From Octopus sinensis (taxonomy: Eukaryota), in assembly GCF_006345805.1 (NCBI RefSeq), contig NC_042997.1, positions 75,206,001 through 75,270,000 on the forward strand: a stretch of DNA of 64,000 nt. Reading direction: 5' to 3'. Made by a program: the position numbers and the translations under genes. The notes beneath the pieces are model-generated. The model worked only from the letters and a program-made list of their open reading frames with translations. It did no database searches and was not told where the DNA came from. Every line of letters starts with the position of its first letter. The stretch's first letter is position 1. Of the stretch, positions 48,634-60,591 are shown in pieces.

Positions 48634-49916
48634 TGCTTTTTAAAGTTAGGTTACAAGTTTATAATTTGATTTTAATCTTTAATTTTTCATTATATCTCAT
48701 AAATATATTATATTAATATTTAATGTTTATGTAAGTAGTATTGGATTAATTAATTAATTTATTTTTCATTATATGTCTCTATATTTATTGATAGCGTAAA
48801 TTTTAGATTTTAATTACTATATTTGTTGATAATAATTTAGTTATTATTTTTTAAATATTTTATAATTATTAGATGTGAACTTAAATCTAAAAATATAAAT
48901 AGTGATTATTTAGTTAAATAATTTGATTATTAAATATTGGACTATAACTGAGTTAAGGATATTCGTGAGTTCATGTTTTTTTAAGCCATATTATATCTTC
49001 ATAGATATCTCTAATAGTGACTTTGTTCTCTTTATCTATTATAGCTAAAATATAGTCATTTTCCATTGATAATATTTATTTGTAATTTTCATTGATAAAA
49101 TATATTCGTAGTTTTCATTGTTAAAAGAATTTTCCATCTGTTTATTATAATTTTAGTTAATGACATGATTTTTTGAAAGCTTCTATTAAAGTTATTTTAA
49201 TAAGTTTTATTGTATTGTATTGGATACTATATAACTACTGATTGTTAATTTGATTCTATAATTATTTAGTTGTTGAAGATATGCATTTCATTATTAGATT
49301 ATAACTGTACGTTGTTTGTAAGTTATTACTTAACCAACGAGATATATAGATCGTTAAATAGTTATACGGATCTTTTAAGATAGGTTATACGCTTATAATT
49401 TGCTTTTTAATCTTTAATTCTTTAATATATTTCATAAATATATTATATTAATATTTAATATTTACGTAAGTAATAATGGAATAATTTATTTATTTATTTT
49501 TCATTATATGTCTATATATTTATTGATAGAGTAAATTTTAGATCTTAATTATTATATTTGTTGATAATAATTAAGTTATTATTTTTAAATTTAAAAATAA
49601 GAATAGTGATTATTTTGTTAAATAATTTGATAATTAGATATTGGACTATAACTGAGTTAAAAATATTCGTGAGTTTATTATGCTTTTTAAAACCATATTA
49701 TATCTTAATAGATAAATACAGTTTTCTATCTATTTTTTTTACCTTAAAAATTAATATTTAACATAATAAATAGGTTGTATCACATAATCCTAATGTTAGA
49801 AACTTAAGTTTCTAATTTAGATAATAGAGCTTTTTTATAAGAAAAATTATTTTATTCATTTCTTTAAAAATATTGTTTAGCCCTATTTGCTTATTTATTT
49901 AACTATTATCATTAAC

Positions 49917-50007
49917 CTGAAGATTGACTATAATTTTAATTCGAATTTTCAATTGAATTTAAACTTAATTGTAATTCGAATTGAACTATAGCCATGAAAC
50001 GTACGTA
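49917..50007 (+). ncRNA. Hammerhead-like motif with 72-nt helix II, weak helix I
   Basis: CTGAAGA(49917-23), long hairpin, GAAAC-GTAC-GTA(49996-50007). Confidence 0.5.
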
Positions 50008-50264
50008 GTATTTTTACTTATTATATTATATTTAACTTTTTTATACTTTTTGGTTGGTTATATAAAAAAATTAAAAGTTAAAAAATTTAAAAATATAAAT
50101 TAAAAAATTTTTAATTTTAATAATTTAAATTTTATATTTTATATATATATTATATATTATATTAATTATATTTAGTTTTTGTTTTTTATGTTTTGGTTTA
50201 TGTTTATCACTGTTTGAGTTGCCTAATAGTGGTTTTATCTCTAATTTAATTTATATATATATAA

Positions 50265-50600
50265 ATTATGCCAGCAGACGCCGACCAAAAATCATTACTG
50301 TTGCTCCCATTGGAACACAAGGTAAAATCTATAATGAACTCCTCGCCTTTTCAAGAACATGGATTTTTTATATTTGACTCTATTGAATGTATGTCACAAT
50401 TATGAACTATCCCATCATACTCTTTAAAGATATAGCATGGACGCTCTTTATTATATAAAAAAATTTTTTTGATAAGGTTCGTTATTTCAAGAACCGAAAC
50501 ATGTTAAATTAAAATTTATCTAATATAGCGGCATTTTCAAACTTCATTTTTTACAAATATATACCCACTCGTATACGAGCTAATCTTATTATAAATATAA
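50265..50600 (+). mobile_element. Diverged PLE pseudo-LTR related to 15200-15630
   Basis: Shares AAGGTAAAA...ATGAA.TCCTCGC and the terminus CATTTTC.AACTTCATTTTTTACAAATATATACC.ACTCGTATACGAGCTAATC.TATTATAAATAT. Confidence 0.75.
50469..50505 (+). ncRNA. Minimal hammerhead motif, U3-A8 variant
   Basis: TTGATAA-GGTTC-gttatttcaa-GAACC-GAAAC-AT-GTT. Confidence 0.62.
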
Positions 50601-51699
50601 ATATATATATATAATGGAACTGAAGGTTTAGATACTTGTGGAGGATCTTCTCCCATTATAATTGTTTTGTAGTTTCAAGGAGCTGGAACGGGTCACCAAT
50701 TTGTGACATCCGTGCGAAGCGAGGCGATGAAAATGGCTCCTTAGTACATCACACGGTCGATACAATAAATATAAATAGAAGAATGCATATATGTGCCAGT
50801 GAGAAATTAGAGTCACAACAGGGTAGAATGTTTAAGAGAAGATTTATTGATATGTTAACATGTGTGATTGTGTGTGCGTCATATATACAGAATAATAGAC
50901 AGGCCATCATAAGAATAAAATGTATATGTGTATGTGTAGGCATAGATGTATGCACGTTAAGAACATAAAAGGATGGCGATGAAGATACAGTGAAAGAGCC
51001 TATAGCTATCGAAGTGAAGAGTAAGTTCATAGACACAAGAATGATAAACACCAGGTCGTAGTCAATTGTACACGATTGTTGAAATACTGTATCAAGAAGT
51101 TGCGGCGATGAATGCAAAGCTGGTTGCAGTACATGTCGTACGTGAAGTTGTGGCTGTGATGCTGCTGCCCGATTCACTTGGTACAAGAGTTCTCGTAGGT
51201 TGTATAATCGCTGTTGATCCATGGTGAAATAATTCACGAACAGTGCAGTTTTGTAACCTAGATGAGTTGCTTGTGTACGTAGAAGGATGCTTACGTTAGG
51301 ACGAATGGTGCGGTGGAGATGAAGGTTGCTGAATACTATTGGACAAAGTTGATGAGTCTCCACGTGGCTGTTATTGTGTTGTCGCTGGAACTGGCGGTGT
51401 CTTGTGTGGAAAAGTCTGGAAACGGATGACATCGAGACGAGGAAAAGTTAGGTTTTTTTATGAGTTATAGGCCCAGCTAAGGTAGAAAACAGGCTGTCAC
51501 ACGTGACTTTTTTTGAAGGCTGCGATTGGTTGTGTGGCGATAGAGCAAGAGACAAATTGCGTCAATACCAACCAATCAGAGTAATGGACATAACAGGGTC
51601 CAAAATACGGCCAAAGGCTAACTATTATCTATTACGTTTGTATGTATGTATATATAATAGAGAGGAGAGGAATTTCACTCAAGTGTACGCTATATATAT

Positions 51700-51743
<44 letters not shown>

Positions 51744-51747
51744 TATA

Positions 51748-51778
<31 letters not shown>

Positions 51779-52176
51779 CATACTCTTATATACTTATGTG
51801 TGTGTGTGTGTGCGAACGCACGCAAGCGTATATTTCGTTTTGGGATTTGGTTTGCAAGATTCTTTATGTGAGTTCGTGTGTTGAAGCATATTCTGTTGTG
51901 TCTGGGGAGAGTCATTCTCTTTTAGTGCCTTATAATGTAACACACTCACCAGTAAAATTTCCACACATTTACTTATTTATTTTTCTAAAATTTTCCTTGC
52001 ATCTTGCAAACTCTTCAATAGTTGTTGACTTTGTCCATTATTCAAGCTGCGTTCTTTTTGTTTGTTTGTGCGCATGTGTGAGGGTCAGTGTGTTTGTGCA
52101 TACACATGTATGTACGTACGTATGTATGTATGTATGCATGTATGCATGCATGAATGCAAGTGTGTATGTATGTATG

Positions 52177-52731
52177 TGTAGCGTAGCTCAGTGATATCCT
52201 CACTGTTTGAGAGAGATCATAGAAATGATGTCGTGTCAGATAGCAGCCATTCTTCGGCTACTTGGGACCGGTTGTGTCCGCTGTCCTGATTGGTTAGTTT
52301 TGGTGCAGTTTTATTTCGCACCAGTGTGTAAGCCAACCAATCACAGCCTTCGGATAAGGTCCCATAACACAGTCTTTTGGATTTTCTGGGGAGCCTACCT
52401 TTTGCTTTAAAAGGCTTCAGCAATTCACTATATCTCGTCTTTGGTCTTTGACCATTGACCACACAGCAACTAGCGATAAACCAGACCAGCCAGTTCCAGT
52501 GACCCAGCCAGACACTCTACTCTGCTAGTACACAGACACAAGCTCTTATGCACACATTCTGTAAATAAAACTTCGCTCAAACAGTAGAACGGTTGTATCG
52601 TCTTCCTTATTCATTGTGGCACTCTTATTCTTTTATGCCATATATCTGGCTCCTTCTTTGTAAGGCGACCGTGCGGTGTTTAAAAGGAGACATCTCTGTC
52701 ACCAACTCCTTTACGTACGGTCGTCGCTACA
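52177..52731 (+). mobile_element. Solo LTR (555 bp)
   Basis: TGTAGCG...CGCTACA terminal inverted repeats; AATAAA at 52564; CCAAT at about 52337; flanks TATG/CATG (imperfect 4-bp TSD). Confidence 0.7.
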
Positions 52732-53289
52732 CATGTATGTATGTATGTATGTATGTATGTGTGTGTGTGTGTGTGTGTGCGCGTATGTAGATATGTATGT
52801 ATGTGTGTACGTTTCTGTGTATTAGGAATATTCATATGTTTCTGTGTTCGTGTTTGTGTGTTTTTATGTGTATGTGTGTGTGTGTGTACCTCTGTCTCCT
52901 TGTGTGTGCATGTCTGAGTGTCCGTGTGTGTGAGTGTATATGGGTTTTTGTGATTATATATTGTCTGTATGTATGAATGTGTATCTGTATGTGTGGACAT
53001 GTGTCTCCATATGTGTCCTTGTGTGAAGTTAAGTGTGTGTGTATATGGTCATGTATTTCAGTCTTCATCTGTGTATGTGTGCTTGTCTGTTCATATAACC
53101 TATGTACCTATTCGTCTGTATGTCTATCTGCTTACTTTCATATCAATATGCCTATATACATGTACATATACATATACACATACGTGCACATACATCTAGC
53201 TACATAACAGTCCACTAACTATTCTACCTGTATATAAATATAAACTATGGGTATGGGGTATGATTATCTACTGCGTATATTCCCTATTT

Positions 53290-54610
53290 TTGTACTAGGG
53301 ATGTTTCATTTATGAGGACGTACTCCTGTATTTGTCTGTTGAGTCCTTTGGGTGCTTGGATAAAATGCGGATGTCAAGTTGGTCTTTGGCATGTTGGTAG
53401 AGTATGGAAGACCATTTTTTCCTCATCATATTGTTTCAAATGTTCATTTAGTCTTTCTGCAATGCTCCTAGATGTCTTCCCTATGTATGTGATGTTCATG
53501 TCTTTACAAGCGCCTTTTATGCATCTTATGCTGTAGTCTACATTTCTAGTTCTACAGTTAATGCCAGGGCTATTCCTGCATACCATGCAGTTATCATTAG
53601 TGCATATGGTATTCTTAAAGGAGTACATCCTACATAGTTGTGATCTGATGGAGTTCCCTGACTTTTCAACAATCTTAATGTTGAGTTTGGTCTACTTCAG
53701 AGATTTCCTAAATCTACGGGCTAGTTCTCCATGGGCTGTGGCCTCTACAAACATCACTCCTTGATATTTGTTGGTTTTATATCACGTGTTCATCCTGTTT
53801 ACTTTGTTACAAGTTCTTTAAATCTTATTCCAGTTTTTGCTTCTATATCTAGGGCAGGTACCACTGGTTTCATTATGTATAGTGTTATCTAACTTCTTTC
53901 TAGCATCCCTGTATCTTTCTGATCATATCCAGAGAATTGCACGCGGTGCATGAAGTTCTGTACATGTTTCTTAGTTTCATAGGGTTTAAATAGTGGGGAC
54001 ACGTTGTTCATTATCCCAACTAAGTCAGCTATCAGTATGTTAATTTTCATGTTGTGTGACAAAGCTGAGTTCTTGTGAATGACATATTTCAAAACAATGG
54101 GCTTCATGTGATAGGAGTGGAGGAGCTGTACTCTGTTGTTCACAGTCTCTAACCAAATTTCATATTGTTGGGGTGCCTAGTGGGAAAATCTATAGTTACC
54201 TTGATACTTTGGTGGATAGAGTTAGCAGTTTCTGCATTACCATTACTAGACTTGGTCTTAACTAGGATATTAATGTCATCTACATACCTACTGTAAAGTA
54301 GAAGGGTTGTAGACTGCTCTGCTAAGGATTGAAGTTTTCTGTCCCACTAGGTCATGAAGAGGCTGGCCACATCTCCAGCTACACCGATACCAACGGCTGC
54401 ACCTTGAACTTGCATGTATAGTTTCTTGCTACACTTTACTATGTGGTTCTTCAAGGTGGTTCTTACACTAGCCCCTATTGCGTTGCAATCGTTCCTTTCA
54501 CCTGATTGTTTTCTTAAGGTTTTGGGTGGGTACGGTCCAGCCACTCCATCGCTTTGCGGTGCTTTTCTTCACTGCTGAGGTGATGGTGGGTGGTCTTCTC
54601 CTCTATGAAT
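53290..54610 (-). pseudogene. Degraded Penelope-like RT + GIY-YIG, distinct from copies B-D (Naiad-like by recalled motifs)
   Basis: YMQVQGAAVG..VAGDVASLFM, LYSRYVDDINI, HYMKP..KYVIHKNSAL, VMFVEAT.HGELA, CRTRNVDYSIRC...YIGKTSRSIAERLNEH; stops and deletions. Confidence 0.8.
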
Positions 54611-55007
54611 CACACACTCATGCAAACACACACACACACAAACATATGAATATGCAGAATACATACAGACAAACGTACACACATGCATATATATACATAC
54701 GCATACGCACACATACATAATGCATATACACACTTACATACATACATATGTACATACGTACATACATACATACATACATACATACATACATACATACATA
54801 CATACATACATACATACACGTGTATGTGCACACACATTGACCCACATATGCGCACAAGCAAACGAAAATAACGCAGCTTTAATAACAGAGTTACTGAAAG
54901 GTTGCAAGACACAGGGAAAATTTTAGAAAAATGGATAAGTAAATGAGTGGAAATTTTACCGGTAAGTGTATAGGGCACTAAGAGAAATAACTCTCCCCAG
55001 ACACAAC

Positions 55008-55090
<83 letters not shown>

Positions 55091-55299
55091 CATAATTTAG
55101 GGTATCTAAGAGATACCACCATGCTGGAAATAGCAGCAAAAACTTGACTCTAAAACCACATTAAATGTTCATACAGCACCAGGTGAGAAGACAAAGAGAC
55201 AAAATAAACTAGCAAAAGAATTACTGGATAATTCCAGTTCCTGGATTTCTGGCTCTGCATAAGAAATGCTCTGCCTTCATCAGTGGAATATACTCAGAT

Positions 55300-56160
55300 A
55301 GCACAGAAATATCATCTGCTCTCTCCCCCCGAACCCGCCCTGCAGTCTCCCGCCTCCATTTTCCCCCCACTTACCACCCCACCACCCTGCCTCTCCAACG
55401 CACCATTCTTCGAGCTTTCCGGCATCTCCAGTCCGACCCGTCCACTTCACACCTCTTCCCTAACCGACCCCTCCCCTCTTTCAAACGAGCCCATAACCTA
55501 AGAGACCTCTTGGTCCACAGCTTCTTCCCCAACCCCACCTCCCAATCTGGCTCGTTCCCCTGCTCCCGCCCACGCTGCCGCACTTGCCCTTACCTCTCCA
55601 ACACCATCCTCCTCACCGGCACCCATCATCGACCCTATCGCATCATCGACTCCTTCACCTGCACCTCCAGCAATATCATCTATTGCATCTCCTGCTCTCT
55701 CTGCCATTCCCTGTACATCGGACAAACGGACGCCGCTTAGCTGACCGGTTCGCGGAACACCTCCGAGACATCCGCCTCGCCAATGACACTCCAGTCTCAC
55801 GCCATTTCCGCTCCACCGGTCACTCCTTGCAACACCTGTCTGTGTTCGGATTGTCCTTGCACAGAGGCTATCCGGATTCCCGCTTGCGCCGTGAACAAGG
55901 ATTGATCTTCTCTCTTCGCTCTTTTATGCCATTTGGGGTCAACTCTCCCCCCCTTTTCATCTAACCTCCTCCCCGACTCCTACTTCTCTTCACTCCTACA
56001 TCTTTTCACTCCTACTCTCTTCCCCCTGCTCCCTCACTCCCCCTCTCCTCTCTCCCCCATCCAACGTCCCCCCTCTCTTCTCTCCTCATATACCCACCTT
56101 CCCCTCCCCCATAAACCCACTCACCCCTTCCCCCACTCTACCCCACCCCTCCCCTACACA
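55300..56160 (+). mobile_element. 5'-truncated Neptune-like PLE fragment (GIY-YIG end), copy D
   Basis: CSRPRCRTCPY, FTCTSSNIIYCISCSLCHSLYIGQT, RFAEHLRDIR; same family as copies B and C. Confidence 0.88.
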
Positions 56161-56165
56161 TATCA

Positions 56166-57451
56166 CGAGGGACGTTCAATAAGTAATGCCTCTGACCCAC
56201 TTGCAGTTGTTTGATCTAGCTGAAATTTTGCAGGTGCAATCATTTATATCTCTATAGAGTAAGTGGCAAATTACAGCTCTGAATTAATTGTGGTTTCTGA
56301 TTTACAGGTGTTTGAACCGAGTCAAGTGTGAAATGGAGCCTGTTGAGTGTCGAGCAGTGATCCGGTTTTTGTATTTGAAAGGACGCACACCACGACTTTT
56401 GATGAAATGAAAGTAACTTATGGTGATGATGCCCCATCATATGAACTTGTAAAACGCTGGCATTGTGAATTCAAACATGGTCGGAACTCTGTGGAAACAG
56501 CTCCCAGATCTGGTCGCCCCCTTCTGCCATTGATGAGGCATCTGTCCGTCAAGTTGAGGCTGCCATTTTGGAAGATCGACGCATAATTATTCGCCAAATA
56601 GCCCATGAGGTCAAGATTAGTACCGGGTCTGTGGAAACTATCATTCATGACCATTTGCATATGCAAAAGGTGTCTGCCAGATGGATTCCCAGGTTGCTCA
56701 CGCCTTTCCAGAAGCAAGAACGCGTCGAGTGCTCGAGGGTGAATTTGGAGATGTGCCAAGAAGATGAGTCAAAATTTTTCAAAAGACTGATTACACAGGA
56801 GAAACCTGAGTCCATCACAATGATCCAGAGACCAAAGCCCAGTCAATGCAGTGGAAGCACCGTGACTCACCCCCTCCAAAGAAGGCAAGGGTGCAGCCCT
56901 CCGCTGGCAAGGTCATGCTCACAGTCTTCTGGGACCAGGACGGAGTAGTGATGACAGATTTCCTGGCAAAGGGTACCACAATTGCAGGAGCCTATTATGC
57001 TTCACTTTTGAGGAAATTAAGAGAAGTTATCAAAATCAAGAGGCGGGGCAAGATCAGCAAAGGCATCCTCCTCCTGCAGGACAACGCTCCGGTTCACAAC
57101 TCGCTTGTCGCCAGATCAGAAGCACAGGCGTATGGCTATGAACTCCTCCCCATCCCCCCTACTTTCCTGACCTTGCACCCTCTGATTTTCACCTGTTCCC
57201 AATCATGAAGTTGTTTTTGAAAGGAAAGCGTTTCCCAGATGATGCAGCCTTGATTTCTGAAGTCACGTTGAAGTTGGAGGACCAAGCTGGGTTCTTCTAC
57301 AAAAACGGTCTCCAGAGCCGCATCAAACGATGGGAGAAATGCGTAACTCTGGGTGGTTCCTATGTAGAAAAAGACTAATAAATGTGCCAAGTTTCGTTGC
57401 TCTACTGCTATGGGAAGTGGGTCAGGGGCATTACTTATAGAACGCCCCTCG
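56166..57451 (+). mobile_element. Full-length (1286 bp) mariner with frameshifted transposase
   Basis: 37-bp TIRs CGAGGG(A/G)CGTTC(A/T)ATAAGTAATGCC(T/C)CTGACCCACTT; CA/TA flanks; WIPRLLT, SAGKVMLTVFWD, QDNAPVH, PDLAPSDF. Confidence 0.95.
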
Positions 57452-57476
57452 TATGTGATTTATATCGAAGGATTGC

Positions 57477-57527
<51 letters not shown>

Positions 57528-57682
57528 TGTGTGTGTGTGTGTGTATGTACTTTCAATTTTCTTTCGTTTTAGTCCATTTTTCCAATTTTACCCTTTCTGA
57601 TACAAGCCCTTATTTCCTTTTCTAAGTAAAGGATAACATATTTTACTGATTTCAGCGATCTAAAAAATCTAAACAAACATTC

Positions 57683-57922
57683 GCAGGTGTAGCTGTATGG
57701 GAAGAAGCTTGCTTCCCAACCATATGGTTCAGGGTTCAGTCCCACTGCGTGGTAACTTGGGCAACTGTTTTCTACTATAGTCTCGGGGCGACCAAAACCA
57801 TGTGTGTGGATTTGGCTGACGGAAACTGAAAGAAGCCGGTCGTATATATATGTGTTACCACCGGTGCTGGTATGCTTACGTCCCCATAACGATTAGGTAA
57901 AAGAGGCTAATAGAATAAGTAC
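57683..57922 (+). mobile_element. tRNA-derived SINE, 5' part (3' part at 61342-61456)
   Basis: GGGTTCAGTCCC B-box-like; ends AATAAGTAC, which joins TAG/TGGG-CTT in the copies at 21.4 and 43.5 kb. Confidence 0.8.
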
Positions 57923-58136
57923 AACCCCTAACCCTAAACCTAAAATAGATTGAAATGCAATAGATTGATACTAGGGTTATAATTATGGGTGACGATTTCA
58001 TACGACACCGCAACGGAAAATGTTTTTTTTTCTAGCGGTGTCAAATGAAAATGTCACCCATAATTATGGCCTTAGTATCGATCTATTGCATTTCAATCTA
58101 TTTTAGATTTAGGGTTAGAGTTAGGGTTAGGGGTTG
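57922..58136. repeat. Imperfect 215-bp palindrome capped by telomere-like TAACCC/GGGTTA units
   Basis: 57922-58012 pairs with about 58034-58136. Confidence 0.8.
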
Positions 58137-59099
58137 ATGAAGGGTATCTTTTTTTCTTCACAAATGTAAATAAACCCAATCTGTTTCTTAAAGGAGGGAC
58201 ATATTCATTATGCACAGAATGTTATTTACCTAAATGGGGGTCAACGATTGGTTAAAATTGCCGAAATGCCCGAAATTAAAGACGAAATATGTTACAACAT
58301 ATAGAATTTTCTCAATAAAGCCTAGAGAAAATGTTGTTTTATAAAAACATTCTACCAGTATACGAAGTTTAAAACATTTTAGTTACCTCGAAATTTTGTT
58401 ACAAAGTGCCGGTTAAACTAAAGCGTTACGCCATTCAGAGAATCAAAAAAAAAATGTGTGTAATAGGTGTAAAGCAACTTCCTATGAACGAATATGAAAA
58501 AAAAAATGCCTGCACGTGAAAGGGGGGTGGGGGAGAGGCCTCAGAAAATTCACATCGGGAATTTCCGAAAGCGTCTGAGGGGCTGACCCGGGCACCAAAA
58601 CAAAAAAAAATAGTGTAATATGTGTAAAACAACTTGCTCTAAACGAATATGACAAAAAAAAATGCGCACTCGCGAAAGGGGGTGGGGGAGAGGCCTCGGA
58701 AAATTTATATCGGGAATTTCCGAAAGCGTCTGAACTGGGCACAAAAACAAAAACAAAAATAGCGTAATAGGTGTAAAACAACTTGCTCTAAACGAATATG
58801 ATAAAAAAAATGCGCGCTCGCGAAAGGGGGTGGGGGAGAGGCTTCGGAAATTTCACATCTTCAGTCCACGGCCTTTAAACTAAGAAAAAATAGTGTAATT
58901 GGTGTAAAACTACTTGTTCTAAACGAGTATCAAGAACACACACTCACACATGAATCATAAACTCCGTATTTTTGTACATATTTCGCAAAAAAAAAATAAT
59001 AGAAAGAAGAAATTCTGGAAAAAGTGAAGAAATGTTGGATCTCCGCCATGTGAATCAAAATACATGTCAGAAACTTCTTGAAATACTACAGAAATTATG

Positions 59100-59789
59100 T
59101 TACGAAAATGATAATGTATACATACCTCTTTGAGTGATCCATCGACAGTGTTGATAAAGAAATGAGATGGGTTGCGTTTGGAGGAAAAAATTATCTCGGG
59201 CCAGGATAAAGACTGCCAATAAGAATGCGTGTATTCTCTTGGCAGCAGGTTTAATGCTGTCCATAAAAAGGAACTTCGCGAGGTATTGTTTTAAGTAACA
59301 GGCACGAATGCCTGGGCGAACAACCGATCTCTTCACTGACCCCCACAATCTCTCTATCGTCTGTGTGTGCACCGACGCGTTTGTCGGATCCACAAAGTTT
59401 TCGCTGTGGTTGATGCGGAAGTGGGTATACCCGAGATTTCCAAGAGAGTTATACGCAGCCCAAGAATCGCTATATACTACCGACCCTTGGCGTATATATC
59501 GGGTAATTAAGGGGATCAGTGTGGCGGCATCTCGCCTTTCATCTTCACCACACTCAGATGAAAGAGGTATCAAAACTTTTTTTTGCCTATTCGCTCTATC
59601 CCACCGAAAAGCCAGATAGTTTTTGTGAGTCTTCCACGATTGTATTTTCTCCTTACAATAACTGTTTCATCGATCTCTACTTCAACTCCTGGTCCACCGA
59701 TTTGGTCCTGGTAATTCTCTACCCAATGCTGACAAACCTAGGAGCAGAAGGATCGCCAATCAATTGAGGTCGGATACGAAATGTTCAAA
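59100..59789 (-). pseudogene. Merlin transposase C-terminal part
   Basis: YSDSWAAY, INHSENFVDP, HTQTIERLW; upstream TAG (GAG in the other arm) and a 1-nt loss near 59575. Confidence 0.9.
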
Positions 59790-60012
59790 GGACTGTCCTT
59801 AAGGACAACTGTCCTTAGGAACAGCTTGAATAGAACTTGGTACCAACAATCGTCTTGTAAACAACTGTTCTTAGACAAAAGACTGACCTTTCATTGACCA
59901 GTGTTTACTCATCCATTCTTCTGGTGTGGCGGATTTCCCTGCTCCTTGGTACAGAACAAGTTCATATTCATTTCAGTCGTAGATACACAAGCGTTAAGTT
60001 GTATGATAGAGA

Positions 60013-60591
60013 ATGGCACTTTGCAATTCATGTGAATTAAAATTACAGGATGGGATTCGCCGATTTACTAATGACAGTGAGGCATTAGATTTCTTTCGAA
60101 AACATAATATCATTCCCAACACAGTTGACTGCCCTAGATGCAATTTACCATGTACATTGCGCGAAAATACAAACATCTTCCGATGTGGAAGGACTGTTCG
60201 CCGTCGAAGGCAAAGGCCAACGCAATGTGGATATTCAATATCCCTATACAGCAACACATTTTTGGAGCGGAGTCAGCTACCACCCTGTAAAATCTTGTTA
60301 TTTGTGAATTACTTCCTCACAGACTGTTGGTCGCACGCATTAGTCGTGGAAAATTTGAACATTTCGTATCCGACCTCAATTGATTGGCGATCCTTCTGCT
60401 CCGAGGTTTGTCAGCATTGGGTAGAGAATTACCAGGACCAAATCGGTGGACCAGGAGTTGAAGTGGAGATCGATGAAACAGTTATTGTAAGGAGAAAATA
60501 CAATCGCGGAAGACTCACAAAAACTATCTGGCTTTTCGGTGGGATAGAGCGAGTAGCCAAGAAGAAATTTTTGATACCTCTTTCATCTTAA
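60013..60591 (+). CDS. Merlin transposase N-terminal part, truncated by deletion
   Basis: Zn ribbon CPRC...C...C; VEIDET, KYNRGR, WLFGGIER. Confidence 0.9.
   Translation: MALCNSCELKLQDGIRRFTNDSEALDFFRKHNIIPNTVDCPRCNLPCTLRENTNIFRCGRTVRRRRQRPTQCGYSISLYSNTFLERSQLPPCKILLFVNYFLTDCWSHALVVENLNISYPTSIDWRSFCSEVCQHWVENYQDQIGGPGVEVEIDETVIVRRKYNRGRLTKTIWLFGGIERVAKKKFLIPLSS

Larger units (their letters stand above)
46250..50252 (+). repeat. Very AT-rich dispersed repeat with a ~700-730 bp tandem duplication, interrupted by a LINE and a MITE
   Basis: 46250-46430 + 48130-48210 + 48640-49000 align in order with 49150-49720; the 3' end 50184-50252 recurs at 19911-19979. Confidence 0.7.

Noticed and set aside
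48640-50280. Possible mitochondrial rRNA/tRNA insertion (NUMT)
   Set aside because: Only TGCCAGCAG resembles 12S rRNA and no diagnostic 12S/16S blocks were recognised. The block is tandemly duplicated and dispersed. BLASTn against a mitogenome would settle it.
57922-58136. True telomere or chromosome fusion site
   Set aside because: Only 2-4 degenerate units, forming the arms of an interspersed palindrome.
59570-59590. A-AAA-AAG programmed -1 frameshift in the Merlin left arm
   Set aside because: The other arm is in frame at this site without slippage, so a homopolymer indel is simpler.
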